A model generated the notes under the pieces. That model saw only the letters and a program-made list of their open reading frames with translations. It did not search any database and was not told the DNA's origin. From an uncultured delta proteobacterium (GTDB lineage Bacteria > Desulfobacterota > Desulfomonilia > UBA1062), in NCBI GenBank assembly GCA_963798485.1, contig CAWCTR010000021.1, positions 64,001-128,000 of the forward strand: a stretch of 64,000 nucleotides of DNA, read 5' to 3'. Each line of letters begins with the position of its first letter. Position 1 is the first letter of the stretch. The translations under genes and the position numbers were made by a program. Below, piece by piece: positions 1 through 9,022 of the stretch.

Positions 1-6
1 CGGCAT
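1..6 (-). CDS. Probable start of a divergent gene running off the left edge
   Basis: Minus strand reads GGGGAGaagataacATGCCG: SD-like motif plus ATG at 6-4; only two codons visible. Confidence 0.35.
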
Positions 7-324
7 GTTATCTTCTCCCCTTGAACATTCTCTCAATAAGTGTTGCACAAGTGGTGCACTTTGTCAACTAAGTTTGCACATTAATATTTTAGAACCAACG
101 CCCTCGTCATTGACAACTTTGGTTAGCGGTTCATGAATATGCACATGAACTGCATGGTGGGTGTTCAGGTTTCATGAAGGCGAGATGGGCTAGGATGGAT
201 AGGAAAAATCGCTCCAGTTTTTGTATGTTGTAGAACGGGATCATGTAATGTATTGTTCAACCATTAGAATTTACAACTTAAGATCGACTTCTGAGATGAA
301 ATGATTATGGGGTAAGGAGTTCTC

Positions 325-1440
325 TTGCCTGATATCGTCTTGAGAATCATGGTGGAGATAATCACCTTCGGCGTCGGGTTTTCCCTTGTTTTTGCGATTG
401 CCCAAATCTGCAGAAAAGACCCGGACCTGTCGAACTATCTCAACTTCCTGGTTTTTCTGGGGAACAGCATCATCCAGCTGTTTGTAGTGCTGAAGGTGAA
501 GAACGTCATCCAGGAATACCCCCTTGCTACCTTTCTTTCCCTGTCGGCGATTTTCTTTATCGGCCCTGCAAATTATCTGTATCATTATATTCTGCTGAAT
601 CCGGCAAAGACGGTGTCGGTCAGGTTGAAGATTCAATTCGTCCCTGCAGCAGCCGCCCTCATCTGCGAGATTCTCTTCCAGCTCCTGCCGCTGGATCTGA
701 AAAGACAATACCTGACCGAGCTGATCGACTCGCCGCTGTACCATTGGTTCACGCTCGTACTGGCGTCCGGTGCGATCTTTAACTTTGTCTATTTCCTGAT
801 TATGTTCAGGCTGGGGCTCACAGTCCTGAAGAGTGAGAACATACGGACGCAGGTCCTTATGATACTGGCTGCCTTTTTCTCAACGCTGGTATCCATTATC
901 CTTCTCTCCCTGGGTTTTCTGCTCGGTTCGGACCCCATGCTGCTCATGGGCGGGACGATTATAACTTTCATAAATATCTCTATGTTCCTGTCCAATATGA
1001 GGTATCCCAACTTCTACCGGCTCATCGAGAATGAGATCAAGAAGAACAGGTACGAAAGGTCTCTTCTCAAAGGGCTGGACACCGAGGTCGTCTTTGAGCG
1101 CCTGACCTATCTGATGGGTGTAGAAAATATCTATAAGGATTTTGACTTGAGCCTTGAAGGCCTTGCGCAGATGATGTCCATCACCCCCCACCAGCTGTCC
1201 CAGTTCATGAACGAGAGGCTGGGTACCAATTTTCGTAATTATATAAACTCGTACCGGATCGAGGAGGCGAAGAAGATACTCATCAGTGAGTCGGACAAGA
1301 ATATTCTCACGATCTGTTACGATGTCGGGTTCAACTCGAAATCTACCTTCAACCATTGTTTCAAAAAATATACGAACAAAACACCCTCCGAGTTCCGCCT
1401 GGAGTATCAGTCAGAGGATAAGAACGGACCGGATCTATAA
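325..1440 (+). CDS. AraC-family transcriptional regulator with N-terminal multi-pass membrane domain
   Basis: About 225 aa of hydrophobic helices, then AraC HTH (LSLEGLAQ...NFRNYINSYRIEEAK...VGFNSKSTFNHCFKKYTNKTPSEFR); TTG start with AAGGAG at 314-319. Confidence 0.9.
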   Translation: MPDIVLRIMVEIITFGVGFSLVFAIAQICRKDPDLSNYLNFLVFLGNSIIQLFVVLKVKNVIQEYPLATFLSLSAIFFIGPANYLYHYILLNPAKTVSVRLKIQFVPAAAALICEILFQLLPLDLKRQYLTELIDSPLYHWFTLVLASGAIFNFVYFLIMFRLGLTVLKSENIRTQVLMILAAFFSTLVSIILLSLGFLLGSDPMLLMGGTIITFINISMFLSNMRYPNFYRLIENEIKKNRYERSLLKGLDTEVVFERLTYLMGVENIYKDFDLSLEGLAQMMSITPHQLSQFMNERLGTNFRNYINSYRIEEAKKILISESDKNILTICYDVGFNSKSTFNHCFKKYTNKTPSEFRLEYQSEDKNGPDL

Positions 1441-1627
1441 ATCCGTCTGTCTGCACTGCCATTATCGACAGGTCTGGTGCAAGGCCATGAGCCGGTAAAC
1501 CACAAAATCATACAAAAATAATTATCCCGGAGTGCGGATTTATAAACCCAGGCGACAGGAGCCTTCCCAACGCCTAATCTTTGGAACAAAATTTAGAACT
1601 GAAATTATTTGAAAGGAGGTATTTATC

Positions 1628-3145
1628 ATGGGTTTAACCAGACCGGAGACATCCGGATATCCTTCGGCAAGCCTCGGCTTCATAGATACCCTGAACAGTC
1701 TTGAGGCACAGCATCGTCTTCCTGCACGGATCAAGGCGGATTTTCATGAGGCCATACGGTTGGCTAGGGAGTTCAATGACGAGGTCCTCCGCCCGGTCTA
1801 CTTAGGAGTAGACAGAAAGGTCATGGAAGACAACGAATACCTGCCCCTGGATTTCATCAGAGAGGCGAACGAATGGGGCCTGTACACCCTCTGGATACCC
1901 AAGATGTATGGCGGTCAGGGGATGAATATGCTTTCCCTGTATACCTTCATGGAGGAGCTGTCATCGGTCTGTGCGGGGCTGGCAAACCTCATCGGAGCCC
2001 ATTATCTGGGGGTTTCTGTGTTGTGCTCGTCGTGCAACATGAAGATCACCAACAGGATACTCCGTGATGTGGTGAGCGAGGCGAAAAAGGGAAACCCCTG
2101 CCTCATCTCGCTGGCCTGGACAGAGCCCGGTGCAGGGACCGACCAGGTGGAGGCCCCGCTTCTTGACAAGGCAAAGGTCAGGACGCAGGCCTCTAAAGTT
2201 GCAGGGGGCTATGTGGTTAACGGAAGCAAGGTGTTCATCTCTGCCGGACATCTGAGCACCTGGCACATGCTCATCTGCTATGAGGATGTAAAGAAGCCTG
2301 CAGATTCCCTGATCATGCTTGCCGTAAAGACCGGGATGAAGGGGTTCACCTTCGGCCATAAAGAGCACAAAATGGGGCAGAAGGCATGCGTGGCCAGCGA
2401 GCTGATCTTTGAAGACTGCTTTGTGCCGGATGAAAATGTCTGCTTTTCAAAGGATCAGGTCAGGCGTCTTAACATCACGGCAAAAGAGGCCGGCCTGAAA
2501 ATGATCGGCATGTTCCCTAGCGTGACCCAGCCCGGGGTCGCTTCCATTTCCACCGGCATTGCCCGCGCTGCCTGTGAGGCGGCCATAGAATATGCCGCGA
2601 AAAAGAAGGTCGCAGGCGAATTGCTGATCAACCAGGAATGGGTGCAGATGGTCATTGCGGACATGTATACGAATGTGGTGGCGGCACGGACCATATACAT
2701 GGAGGCTGCCTATGCCGCCGGGCTTATGAGCATGCTCCGGCTGCTTTTCAACAAGGCGTTGTTCTACCTCACGCTCTATACACCTGCCTGGGTCTTTACC
2801 CTGTTTGTTTCACCCTTGTTCAACCTGGAGATTGTCAATCATATCTACCGGAAGCTGAACTTCGAATGGACCAGCGCCGAGGATGAAAGGCACATGTCAG
2901 GGCTCGGCTCCCTGACGAAATTCTCGTGCAGCGACATGGCTGTGGCCAATTGCAACATGGCCCTGGATCTTATGGGTGCAGACGGAACAAGGCACGATGT
3001 CGGGGCGGAGAAGCTGCTCCGCGATGCAAAGCTGCTCCAGATCTATGAGGGGACGAACGAGGCCAACAGGATCAATCTCTTTTCCCAGCACATCGCACAT
3101 ACCATGCCCGGTGTCCGGGTATTCGAAGAAGGATTAAGGGGGTAG
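1628..3145 (+). CDS. Acyl-CoA dehydrogenase (catalytic Glu retained, hydrophobic insertion)
   Basis: AWTEPGAGTD, VNGSKVFIS, KMGQKA, MGADG, LLRDAKLLQIYEGTNE motifs; GGAGG RBS. Confidence 0.9.
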   Translation: MGLTRPETSGYPSASLGFIDTLNSLEAQHRLPARIKADFHEAIRLAREFNDEVLRPVYLGVDRKVMEDNEYLPLDFIREANEWGLYTLWIPKMYGGQGMNMLSLYTFMEELSSVCAGLANLIGAHYLGVSVLCSSCNMKITNRILRDVVSEAKKGNPCLISLAWTEPGAGTDQVEAPLLDKAKVRTQASKVAGGYVVNGSKVFISAGHLSTWHMLICYEDVKKPADSLIMLAVKTGMKGFTFGHKEHKMGQKACVASELIFEDCFVPDENVCFSKDQVRRLNITAKEAGLKMIGMFPSVTQPGVASISTGIARAACEAAIEYAAKKKVAGELLINQEWVQMVIADMYTNVVAARTIYMEAAYAAGLMSMLRLLFNKALFYLTLYTPAWVFTLFVSPLFNLEIVNHIYRKLNFEWTSAEDERHMSGLGSLTKFSCSDMAVANCNMALDLMGADGTRHDVGAEKLLRDAKLLQIYEGTNEANRINLFSQHIAHTMPGVRVFEEGLRG

Positions 3146-3148
3146 ACC

Positions 3149-4291
3149 ATGAACAATCCGGCATTTGCGGAACAAATTGAAGAGCTCAGGGCGTTCAATG
3201 ACATGGCGCACAGCTTTGCGAAAAAAGAGCTCTCTGCGCATGTTCACGAATATGAATTTCCCTATGAAATCGGGATAGCCGGTGTGATGGAGACAGCCAG
3301 GGAGGCCGGGCTGTTCGGCATCAACCTCCCCATGGAATGGGGCGGGACCGGGCTGAATGCATCTGCCCTTTCCGGCATCATGGAAGAGATCAGCGGCATA
3401 GATGCAGCCATGGCAGGGGTGCTCTTTACCCATGCAGCAGCACTGGAGGTCATATCCGTTGCCGCAGAGTCGGATAAAGGGAACTGCGGGTCCGTTTACA
3501 AGCCGGCAACAGGGCCGGATAGTGTCCCCCTGGCATTCCAGTCCTATGCATCTCCTGACGAAATCGATCTCCCCGAAGTTTCGGGAGAGGGCACACTGCT
3601 GTTGAACGGCAAGCTACCATTCCTCGCTCTCGGAGGCATTGCCCGCTATGCGGTCGCAGTCGGAGCCAGGAAGGGAGACAAGGCATTTTCCTACTATCTC
3701 ATCGATCTGTCGGAACACGGTGTGACGAAGTCAGAACCCATACTCACCCTGGGCTTTCAGGCCTGCCAGGCCGTCGACATCGACATGAAGGATGTGCCGG
3801 GTCTGCTGATCGGGTCTGAAGGCAAAGGAGAGATCTATTTTCATACCATGCTCTCACGCATGTCCCTGCCGGCTGCCGCAATTTCGCTGGGCATCATGGA
3901 GGGTTCATTCAAAGAGGCCATTGATTATGCCGGAGAGCGTTATCAGGGGGGGCGCAACATCGTGGACTGGTCAGCGGTCCGTATGAAACTCGCCGATATG
4001 GCAATCGGGGTAGAGGTGGGCATGAGCTGCCTCTTCGGAATCCGTTGCGCATGGGATGCGAACTCAACGAATGGAGACAGGTCTGCCCTTGCGGCGGCAA
4101 TCCACATCGGCGATCTGGCCTGCAGCATGGCTTCCGAGGGTGTCCAGCTGCTGGGGGGCAACGGGTACATGAAGGACTACGGCCAGGAAAAGAGGATGAG
4201 GGATGCCAGGCAGGCCAGATCCCTGCTGGGAATGAGCGGCTTGAAAAAGATGAAATATATCGAGAGAATCATCGAGGAGGCAAAGGTATGA
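3149..4291 (+). CDS. Acyl-CoA dehydrogenase-like protein lacking the YEGT motif (probable heteromer partner)
   Basis: PMEWGGTG, ERYQGG, VQLLGGNGYMKDYGQEKRMRDAR; SLLG where YEG is expected. Confidence 0.85.
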   Translation: MNNPAFAEQIEELRAFNDMAHSFAKKELSAHVHEYEFPYEIGIAGVMETAREAGLFGINLPMEWGGTGLNASALSGIMEEISGIDAAMAGVLFTHAAALEVISVAAESDKGNCGSVYKPATGPDSVPLAFQSYASPDEIDLPEVSGEGTLLLNGKLPFLALGGIARYAVAVGARKGDKAFSYYLIDLSEHGVTKSEPILTLGFQACQAVDIDMKDVPGLLIGSEGKGEIYFHTMLSRMSLPAAAISLGIMEGSFKEAIDYAGERYQGGRNIVDWSAVRMKLADMAIGVEVGMSCLFGIRCAWDANSTNGDRSALAAAIHIGDLACSMASEGVQLLGGNGYMKDYGQEKRMRDARQARSLLGMSGLKKMKYIERIIEEAKV

Positions 4292-5068
4292 AAAAGGGCA
4301 TACTGGATAGAAACAATTTTTTTAATGGCCTGGACCAGATCGAGCACAAGGACTACGATGTCAAGCTGCCGATCTTCTATTATGACAACACTGCTATGAG
4401 CGCCATCTACACAGCCTCTACCAGGAAGGTGAGAAAGGAGCTCCCTTCAGCCGACATGCATCCTGTGGAGATGTTCCCGGGCAGGTGTCTGATGGTGTTT
4501 ACCGCCTTCGAGTACCGCAAGACGGATATCGACCCGTACAATGAATTCAGCATCGCAGCAGTCATATCCTATGGCAAGAGGGCCATCCCGGGATTGACCT
4601 CCCTTTCGTATATGCTCAAGGATTGTTTCACCGCCTACATACTCCACCTTCCCGTAACCTCCGAGAGGGCGCGCCGTGGAGGGGTCGAGATGGCGGGATA
4701 TCCGAAATTCCTGGCCGACATCTCCTTTGCCCAGGAGAAAGGATACACCACGTGCACGGTAGCGGAGAACGGTAAGAGGATCCTGTCGCTGAGGGGAAAG
4801 AATATAAAGACATCACGGGGCAGGCTTACGAAGTATATCATCCACACCATGAAGAATGGTATTCCGCTGAAGGCGAATCTCTATATAAACCCAAAACAGT
4901 ATTGCCAGACCATCGGATTTGGCGCCGCCAGGCTGGATATCGGAAGCGGCCACAGGATATGCACCGAACTGCAGTGACATGGGATTGAGCCGGCTGCCGG
5001 TCTTGTATCAGTACATGCCGTCTTATGAGGCAATCCTTTTCAATTCAAAAAATCTCATCGACGATTAG
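4288..5068 (+). pseudogene. Acetoacetate decarboxylase (ADC)-family protein with a +1 frameshift near 4975 (real or sequencing error)
   Basis: ATG 4288 overlaps upstream stop (ATGA); LPIFYYD, FEYRKTDIDPYNE, HLPVT, GYPK motifs; TGA 4975-4977, while the +1 frame continues DMGLSRLPVLYQYMPSYEAILFNSKNLIDD* to TAG 5066-5068, just before the next gene. Confidence 0.7.
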
Positions 5069-5077
5069 GGGGGGGTC

Positions 5078-5929
5078 ATGGGCAAGAGAGACATCAGTGG
5101 AAAAACGGCGGTCATCACCGGGGCGGCCTCGGGAATAGGAAGAGGGCTGGCCCTTGCTTTGGCAAAAGAGCAATGCACCATTCTCCTGGCCGATATCAAT
5201 GAGGCAGGACTCAAGCAGACATGCGAGATGGTACGGCAGCAAGGGGGCAAACCAGAGGTGTTTCTCTGCGATGTATCCAAACTCGATGATGTCATAAGGA
5301 TGGCCGACCATTGCTTTCATGCATGGGGAAAGGTCGACCTCCTCATCAACAACGCAGGCGTAGCCTCAGTCGGATTCATGGGCGACATCCCGATCAAGGA
5401 TTGGGAGTGGATCGTTTCCATCAACTTCTGGGGCGTGGTGTACGGCTGTCATGCCTTTGTCCCGAGGATGAAGAAACAGGGGAGCGGGCATATCGTGAAC
5501 GTGGCCTCCGCTGCGGGCATCCTCTCTTCCTCTGAGATGGCCCCGTACAATGCGACAAAGGCCGCGGTCATCTCCATTTCAGAGACACTCAAGAGCGAGC
5601 TCGCCCCGTATAACATCGGGGTGACGGTGATCTGCCCCACATTCATCAAGACAAATCTCATGGAGAAGCTGAGATGCACGGACGAGTTCCAGAGGCAGTG
5701 CTCAACTACAGGCGTGGACAATGCGAGGTGGACACCGGAGATGATTGCCAATCAGGTGGTCGATGCCGTGAAAAAGGACAAGATGTATGTGGTTCCGCAG
5801 GCGGCAGCGAAGATATTATGGATATCCAAGCGCATATCCCCTTCTGGCTTCTTTGGATTCCAGGCATTTCTCATGCGTATGGGATGGGCGAGAAAACTCA
5901 TGTTCCATATGGCGAAGATGGGGTTCTGA
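5078..5929 (+). CDS. Short-chain dehydrogenase/reductase (SDR)
   Basis: TGAASGIG, NNAG, YNATK (YxxxK). Confidence 0.93.
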   Translation: MGKRDISGKTAVITGAASGIGRGLALALAKEQCTILLADINEAGLKQTCEMVRQQGGKPEVFLCDVSKLDDVIRMADHCFHAWGKVDLLINNAGVASVGFMGDIPIKDWEWIVSINFWGVVYGCHAFVPRMKKQGSGHIVNVASAAGILSSSEMAPYNATKAAVISISETLKSELAPYNIGVTVICPTFIKTNLMEKLRCTDEFQRQCSTTGVDNARWTPEMIANQVVDAVKKDKMYVVPQAAAKILWISKRISPSGFFGFQAFLMRMGWARKLMFHMAKMGF

Positions 5930-5940
5930 AATCTTCCCCC

Positions 5941-5988
5941 TGGAGTCCCCTCTCCCCGTGCGGGAGAGGGACAGGGTGAGGGGTAAAT
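5941..5988 (+). repeat. REP-like palindromic repeat, family A copy 1
   Basis: TGGAGTCCCCTCTCCCCGTGCGGGAGAGGGACAGGGTGAGGGGTAAAT; 46/48 identical to 6628-6675. Confidence 0.85.
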
Positions 5989-6023
5989 CACCTTGTTCAT
6001 TGAAGGCTCTGAAGTTGAGGAAG

Positions 6024-6078
6024 AAATGGGAACGGGTTCATATTGAAGGTGTGAGAAATGTGAACCTGTTTCCAATTT
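6024..6078. repeat. Imperfect inverted repeat (REP-like doublet)
   Basis: AAATGGGAACGGGTTCATATT ... AATGTGAACCTGTTTCCAATTT; related half-site GTGAACCCGTCCCCCAATT near 6603-6621. Confidence 0.65.
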
Positions 6079-6151
6079 CTTCCACTCACGGCACTTGATT
6101 TCCATTCGCAAACCCCTATGAAACTACCATCCGGTAGCAAGGAGGTGCCTC

Positions 6152-6451
6152 ATGAGCAGTGCTGAAGTATTCAATCGATCGTGGTTTTCACGATTCATCA
6201 ATAGCCGGGCAGGCCGCGTTTTTCGCCTGGTCGCCGGTACGCTGTTTCTCGTTGTCGGGTATCTGTATCGGGATCATACGCTAGGCGTTATCTCCATGGT
6301 GTGGAGCGTGGTCCCGTTGAGCGCCGGGGCGTTCGACATGTGCTTTATCAGTGCGATCCTGGGAGGCCCGTTGTTCGGGGCAAAGATCCGCGATTCACTA
6401 GATCAGCAGCACGACAATCAGCCCCACATGGCGGCCCAGAATACGAAGTAG
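6152..6451 (+). CDS. Small membrane protein, YgaP/DUF2892-like
   Basis: GRVFRLVAG...two TM helices...PLSAGAFDMC pattern; AAGGAGG RBS. Confidence 0.75.
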   Translation: MSSAEVFNRSWFSRFINSRAGRVFRLVAGTLFLVVGYLYRDHTLGVISMVWSVVPLSAGAFDMCFISAILGGPLFGAKIRDSLDQQHDNQPHMAAQNTK

Positions 6452-6517
6452 CCGTAGCGGTATTTCTGCCCCAAGTCGGCGAAGGAGTGGCCATGTCGGC
6501 CTTCGCGAAGAGGAAAT
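6449..6517 (+). repeat. Imperfect ~69-bp direct repeat, copy 1 (family D)
   Basis: TAGCCGTAGCGGTATTTCTGCCCCAAG...GGCGAAGGAGT...CGGCCTTC...GAGGAAAT; ~59/69 identical by eye to 7455-7522. Confidence 0.8.
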
Positions 6518-6627
6518 CTACACATTGGAACGAGATTCATAATCAAAAATAATTTCCGCATCTTTCTCTATCAAAATATACCTGCACGAAATGATCGAAA
6601 TGGTGAACCCGTCCCCCAATTCCTCCA

Positions 6628-6675
6628 TGGAGTCCCCTCTCCCCTTGCGGGAGAGGGACAGGGAGAGGGGTAAAT
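6628..6675 (+). repeat. REP-like palindromic repeat, family A copy 2
   Basis: Two mismatches versus 5941-5988. Confidence 0.85.
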
Positions 6676-6740
6676 TATCTAATGCCCTAGTACCATCCTT
6701 ACATAAAGCCATTACTATTTTAATACTAACGCACTCATCA

Positions 6741-6769
6741 TTGACAGCCGATACCAATATTGATACTAT
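6741..6769 (+). promoter_or_regulatory. Sigma70 promoter of hicAB, probably giving a leaderless mRNA
   Basis: TTGACA (6741-6746)-17 nt-TACTAT (6764-6769); ATG at 6776 with no SD. Confidence 0.7.
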
Positions 6770-6775
6770 AGAGTC

Positions 6776-7037
6776 ATGGGTGATATAAAAACCCTTATGG
6801 AGCAGATGAAGAATGCTCCGGCCAATGTTCGGTATACAGACCTGTGCAAGGTATGTGACCATTACTTTGGCAAGGCAAGGCAGGAGTCAAGCAGCCATAG
6901 GGTTTATAAAACGCCATGGCCGGGAGACCCGAGGGTGAACATTCTAAGGTGAAAAAGGGAAGGCCAAGGCATATCAAGTAAGGCAGGTATTGAAGGCAAT
7001 CGAGAAGATGGAGAGCAGACATGACTCTAAGGAATGA
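6776..7037 (+). pseudogene. hicA: HicA-like toxin, frameshifted (not in the ORF track)
   Basis: MGDIKTLMEQMKNAPANVRYTDLCKVCDHYFGKARQESSSHRVYKTPWPGDPRVNI then stop at 6950-6952; removing T6945 restores Q-GEKGKAKAYQVRQVLKAIEKME... Confidence 0.8.
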
Positions 7038-7350
7038 TCACTATACCTATCGTGTTACCTGGCTTGAAGAAGACGGGGAATATGTCGGCCTGTGCGCTGA
7101 GTTCCCAAGTCTGAGCTGGCTTGCACAAACACCCGAGGCTGCTTTGAAGGGCATCCGTCAGGTTGTGGCAGATGTGGTTAAGGATATGAAAACATCCGGA
7201 GAGGAACCCCCGAAGGCACTGGCTTCTCGTCGATTCAGCGGTAAATTCTTGGTGCGCGTACCTCCAGAGGTTCACAAAAAACTCGCATTAGAAGCTGCCG
7301 AGAACGGCATAAGCCTTAACCGTCTGGCAAGTTTGAAACTCACCGGGTGA
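7021..7350 (+). CDS. hicB: HicB-family antitoxin
   Basis: YTYRVTW.EEDGEYVGLCAEFPSLSWLA..PEAAL; C-terminal FSGKFLVRVPPEVH...GISLN DNA-binding domain. Confidence 0.9.
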   Translation: MTLRNDHYTYRVTWLEEDGEYVGLCAEFPSLSWLAQTPEAALKGIRQVVADVVKDMKTSGEEPPKALASRRFSGKFLVRVPPEVHKKLALEAAENGISLNRLASLKLTG

Positions 7351-7454
7351 TAGACAAGAAGGAAGAAGGTTAGAGGTAAATGGGATCATGATTGAACAAA
7401 ACTTCTAACCAAATTTTCTTATAAACTAGTATGGTGTCCTCAGATTTTCAGAAA

Positions 7455-7522
7455 TAGCCGTAGCGGCATTTCTGCCCCAAGGTGGCGAAGGAGTTCCATA
7501 GCGGCCTTCTCATAGAGGAAAT
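7455..7522 (+). repeat. Imperfect direct repeat, copy 2 (family D)
   Basis: TAGCCGTAGCGGCATTTCTGCCCCAAGGTGGCGAAGGAGTTCCATAGCGGCCTTCTCATAGAGGAAAT. Confidence 0.8.
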
Positions 7523-7565
7523 GCACGCGTAACTCCCCAATTTCCCTCCCACGAAGGTGCTCTTC

Positions 7566-8759
7566 CTAAAAAAAGGCGCTCCTGGTAGTGCCCATGAGCC
7601 CCCAGGCGATGTGGGGCCGGGCAAGCCGCCGGTAAAAGATGGAAAACGGCGTTGCCACTGTTTCACCCAGGGCCGAGAGCACGCCCTCAAGGAGATAGTG
7701 CGATCGATACCCGGGCTGGAAATAATGGTTCACGAGGTGGCATCCCGGGCAGTAGCTCACCACATGTTTTTTCCCGCTTGCTGAGAGTTCCTTGCGTTTG
7801 ATCCTGGCAACCTGTACGACCCTTGCTATCTTGCCGTCCGTGTATAATCCGCCGTATCCGCAGCACAGGGAGTTTTCCCGGTTGTGAGGCAGCTCGGATA
7901 CACTCATTCCAATAGCAGCTGCAATGCGGCGGACAGTGTCCAGGTAATCCGTACCATTCTCATATCCGAAACACGGGTCCGATATGGCCGCATCGATGTG
8001 CAAAGGGTTCGTGACCTGGGCGGAACCGGATTCGATCAGTTCCAGGAAGTAGTCATAGAGGCCTACGATCGGAAACGGCAGCTCTATGCCCAGAGTCTCG
8101 GGTATGATCCTGGTGAGCACTTTCTGGCAGTGCCCGCATCCCACCACCAGGCGCTCGAAACGGTTTTCAAGCAGGCGGTTCACCAGCCTCCTTGCAACCC
8201 GGTATCCTTCATCCAGCAGCCCGGCCTGAATCGCCCACACCCCGCAGCAGTCGTCAGGACCGCCGAACTTGGCGATATTCCGCAGCGCTGGCGATTCCTC
8301 CAGCGTGCGCGGCATCATCCGGTCGGTGCAACCCACCCAGAGGAGGTCCTTGCTCTTCTTGGGAGACGCCCAGTTACGCAGGATCATTCTCTCCGGTTTT
8401 CCAAAGCCCTTGTACACGTCCTTGAAGAAATTCGGTCCCCAGCCTTCCAGCCCCAGGCCGTTGATGCCGTATGACATGGAAGCGGGGTGCTCGGGCTCTG
8501 CACGCCGCTTGTGCTCGAGGCACTCACGCATCAGGCTGCTGGGGTGCGCATCGTTCGGGCAGCGATGGTCGCACTTGCCGCACCGGATGCAGGTGGCGAG
8601 CTCCGGATACCACAGTGGCCTGGCCGTGACCTTCTTCATTACATCCCGGGCCTGCTGCCTCGTGAGGTGCGCGTATTGGCAGCCGGCAAGGCATTCCCCA
8701 CATTGAACGCATTTCTCTGAAGAAAAACCCTTCGTATAGGTGCTCTGTTCAGTATGCAT
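7566..8759 (-). CDS. Fe-S oxidoreductase with two 4Fe-4S motifs and CCG domains (HdrD/GlcF-like)
   Basis: CVQCGECLAGC, CIRCGKCDHRCP, DCCG...CGHC, SDPC...LCCG...CPGC. Confidence 0.85.
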   Translation of the reverse strand: MHTEQSTYTKGFSSEKCVQCGECLAGCQYAHLTRQQARDVMKKVTARPLWYPELATCIRCGKCDHRCPNDAHPSSLMRECLEHKRRAEPEHPASMSYGINGLGLEGWGPNFFKDVYKGFGKPERMILRNWASPKKSKDLLWVGCTDRMMPRTLEESPALRNIAKFGGPDDCCGVWAIQAGLLDEGYRVARRLVNRLLENRFERLVVGCGHCQKVLTRIIPETLGIELPFPIVGLYDYFLELIESGSAQVTNPLHIDAAISDPCFGYENGTDYLDTVRRIAAAIGMSVSELPHNRENSLCCGYGGLYTDGKIARVVQVARIKRKELSASGKKHVVSYCPGCHLVNHYFQPGYRSHYLLEGVLSALGETVATPFSIFYRRLARPHIAWGLMGTTRSAFF

Positions 8760-8946
8760 ACGTATGATCCGCCCTCTCTCTTACAGCATGTCGATCCCGG
8801 CAGATCTTATCATGAAGCTCTTTTGAAAAATATATCCATTCAGTGCAGGAAAATGCGCTCAGAGATGATTTTCACATTCACCTGAACTAACCCTAATGAA
8901 GAAAATGGTATCTGACCACATTTATACTGTGAATATGTGTGGAAAT

Positions 8947-9022
8947 GAGATTCTTCACTTCGTTCAGAATGACAATCGTTATTATGATAGAGAGTGTCAT
9001 CCTGAGCGTAGCGAAGGATCTC
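8947..9022. repeat. REP-like inverted doublet, family B
   Basis: GAGATTCTTCACTTCGTTCAGAATGACA / TGTCATCCTGAGCGTAGCGAAGGATCTC; 23/28 complementary. Confidence 0.8.

Noticed and set aside
42-68. Imperfect inverted repeat GTTGCACAAGTG..CACTTTGTCAAC near the left edge
   Set aside because: Possible operator of the off-window gene, but single and imperfect with no assignable regulator
4975-4977. Selenocysteine readthrough of the TGA in the ADC-like gene
   Set aside because: The in-frame continuation is short and uninformative; the plausible C-terminus is in the +1 frame
5068-5075. G8 run at the SDR ribosome-binding site
   Set aside because: Serves as an SD; no evidence of length variation
6449-7522. 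CRISPR array or integron attC sites
   Set aside because: Only two long copies 1 kb apart, no regular spacers, no cas or intI genes, no attC core sites
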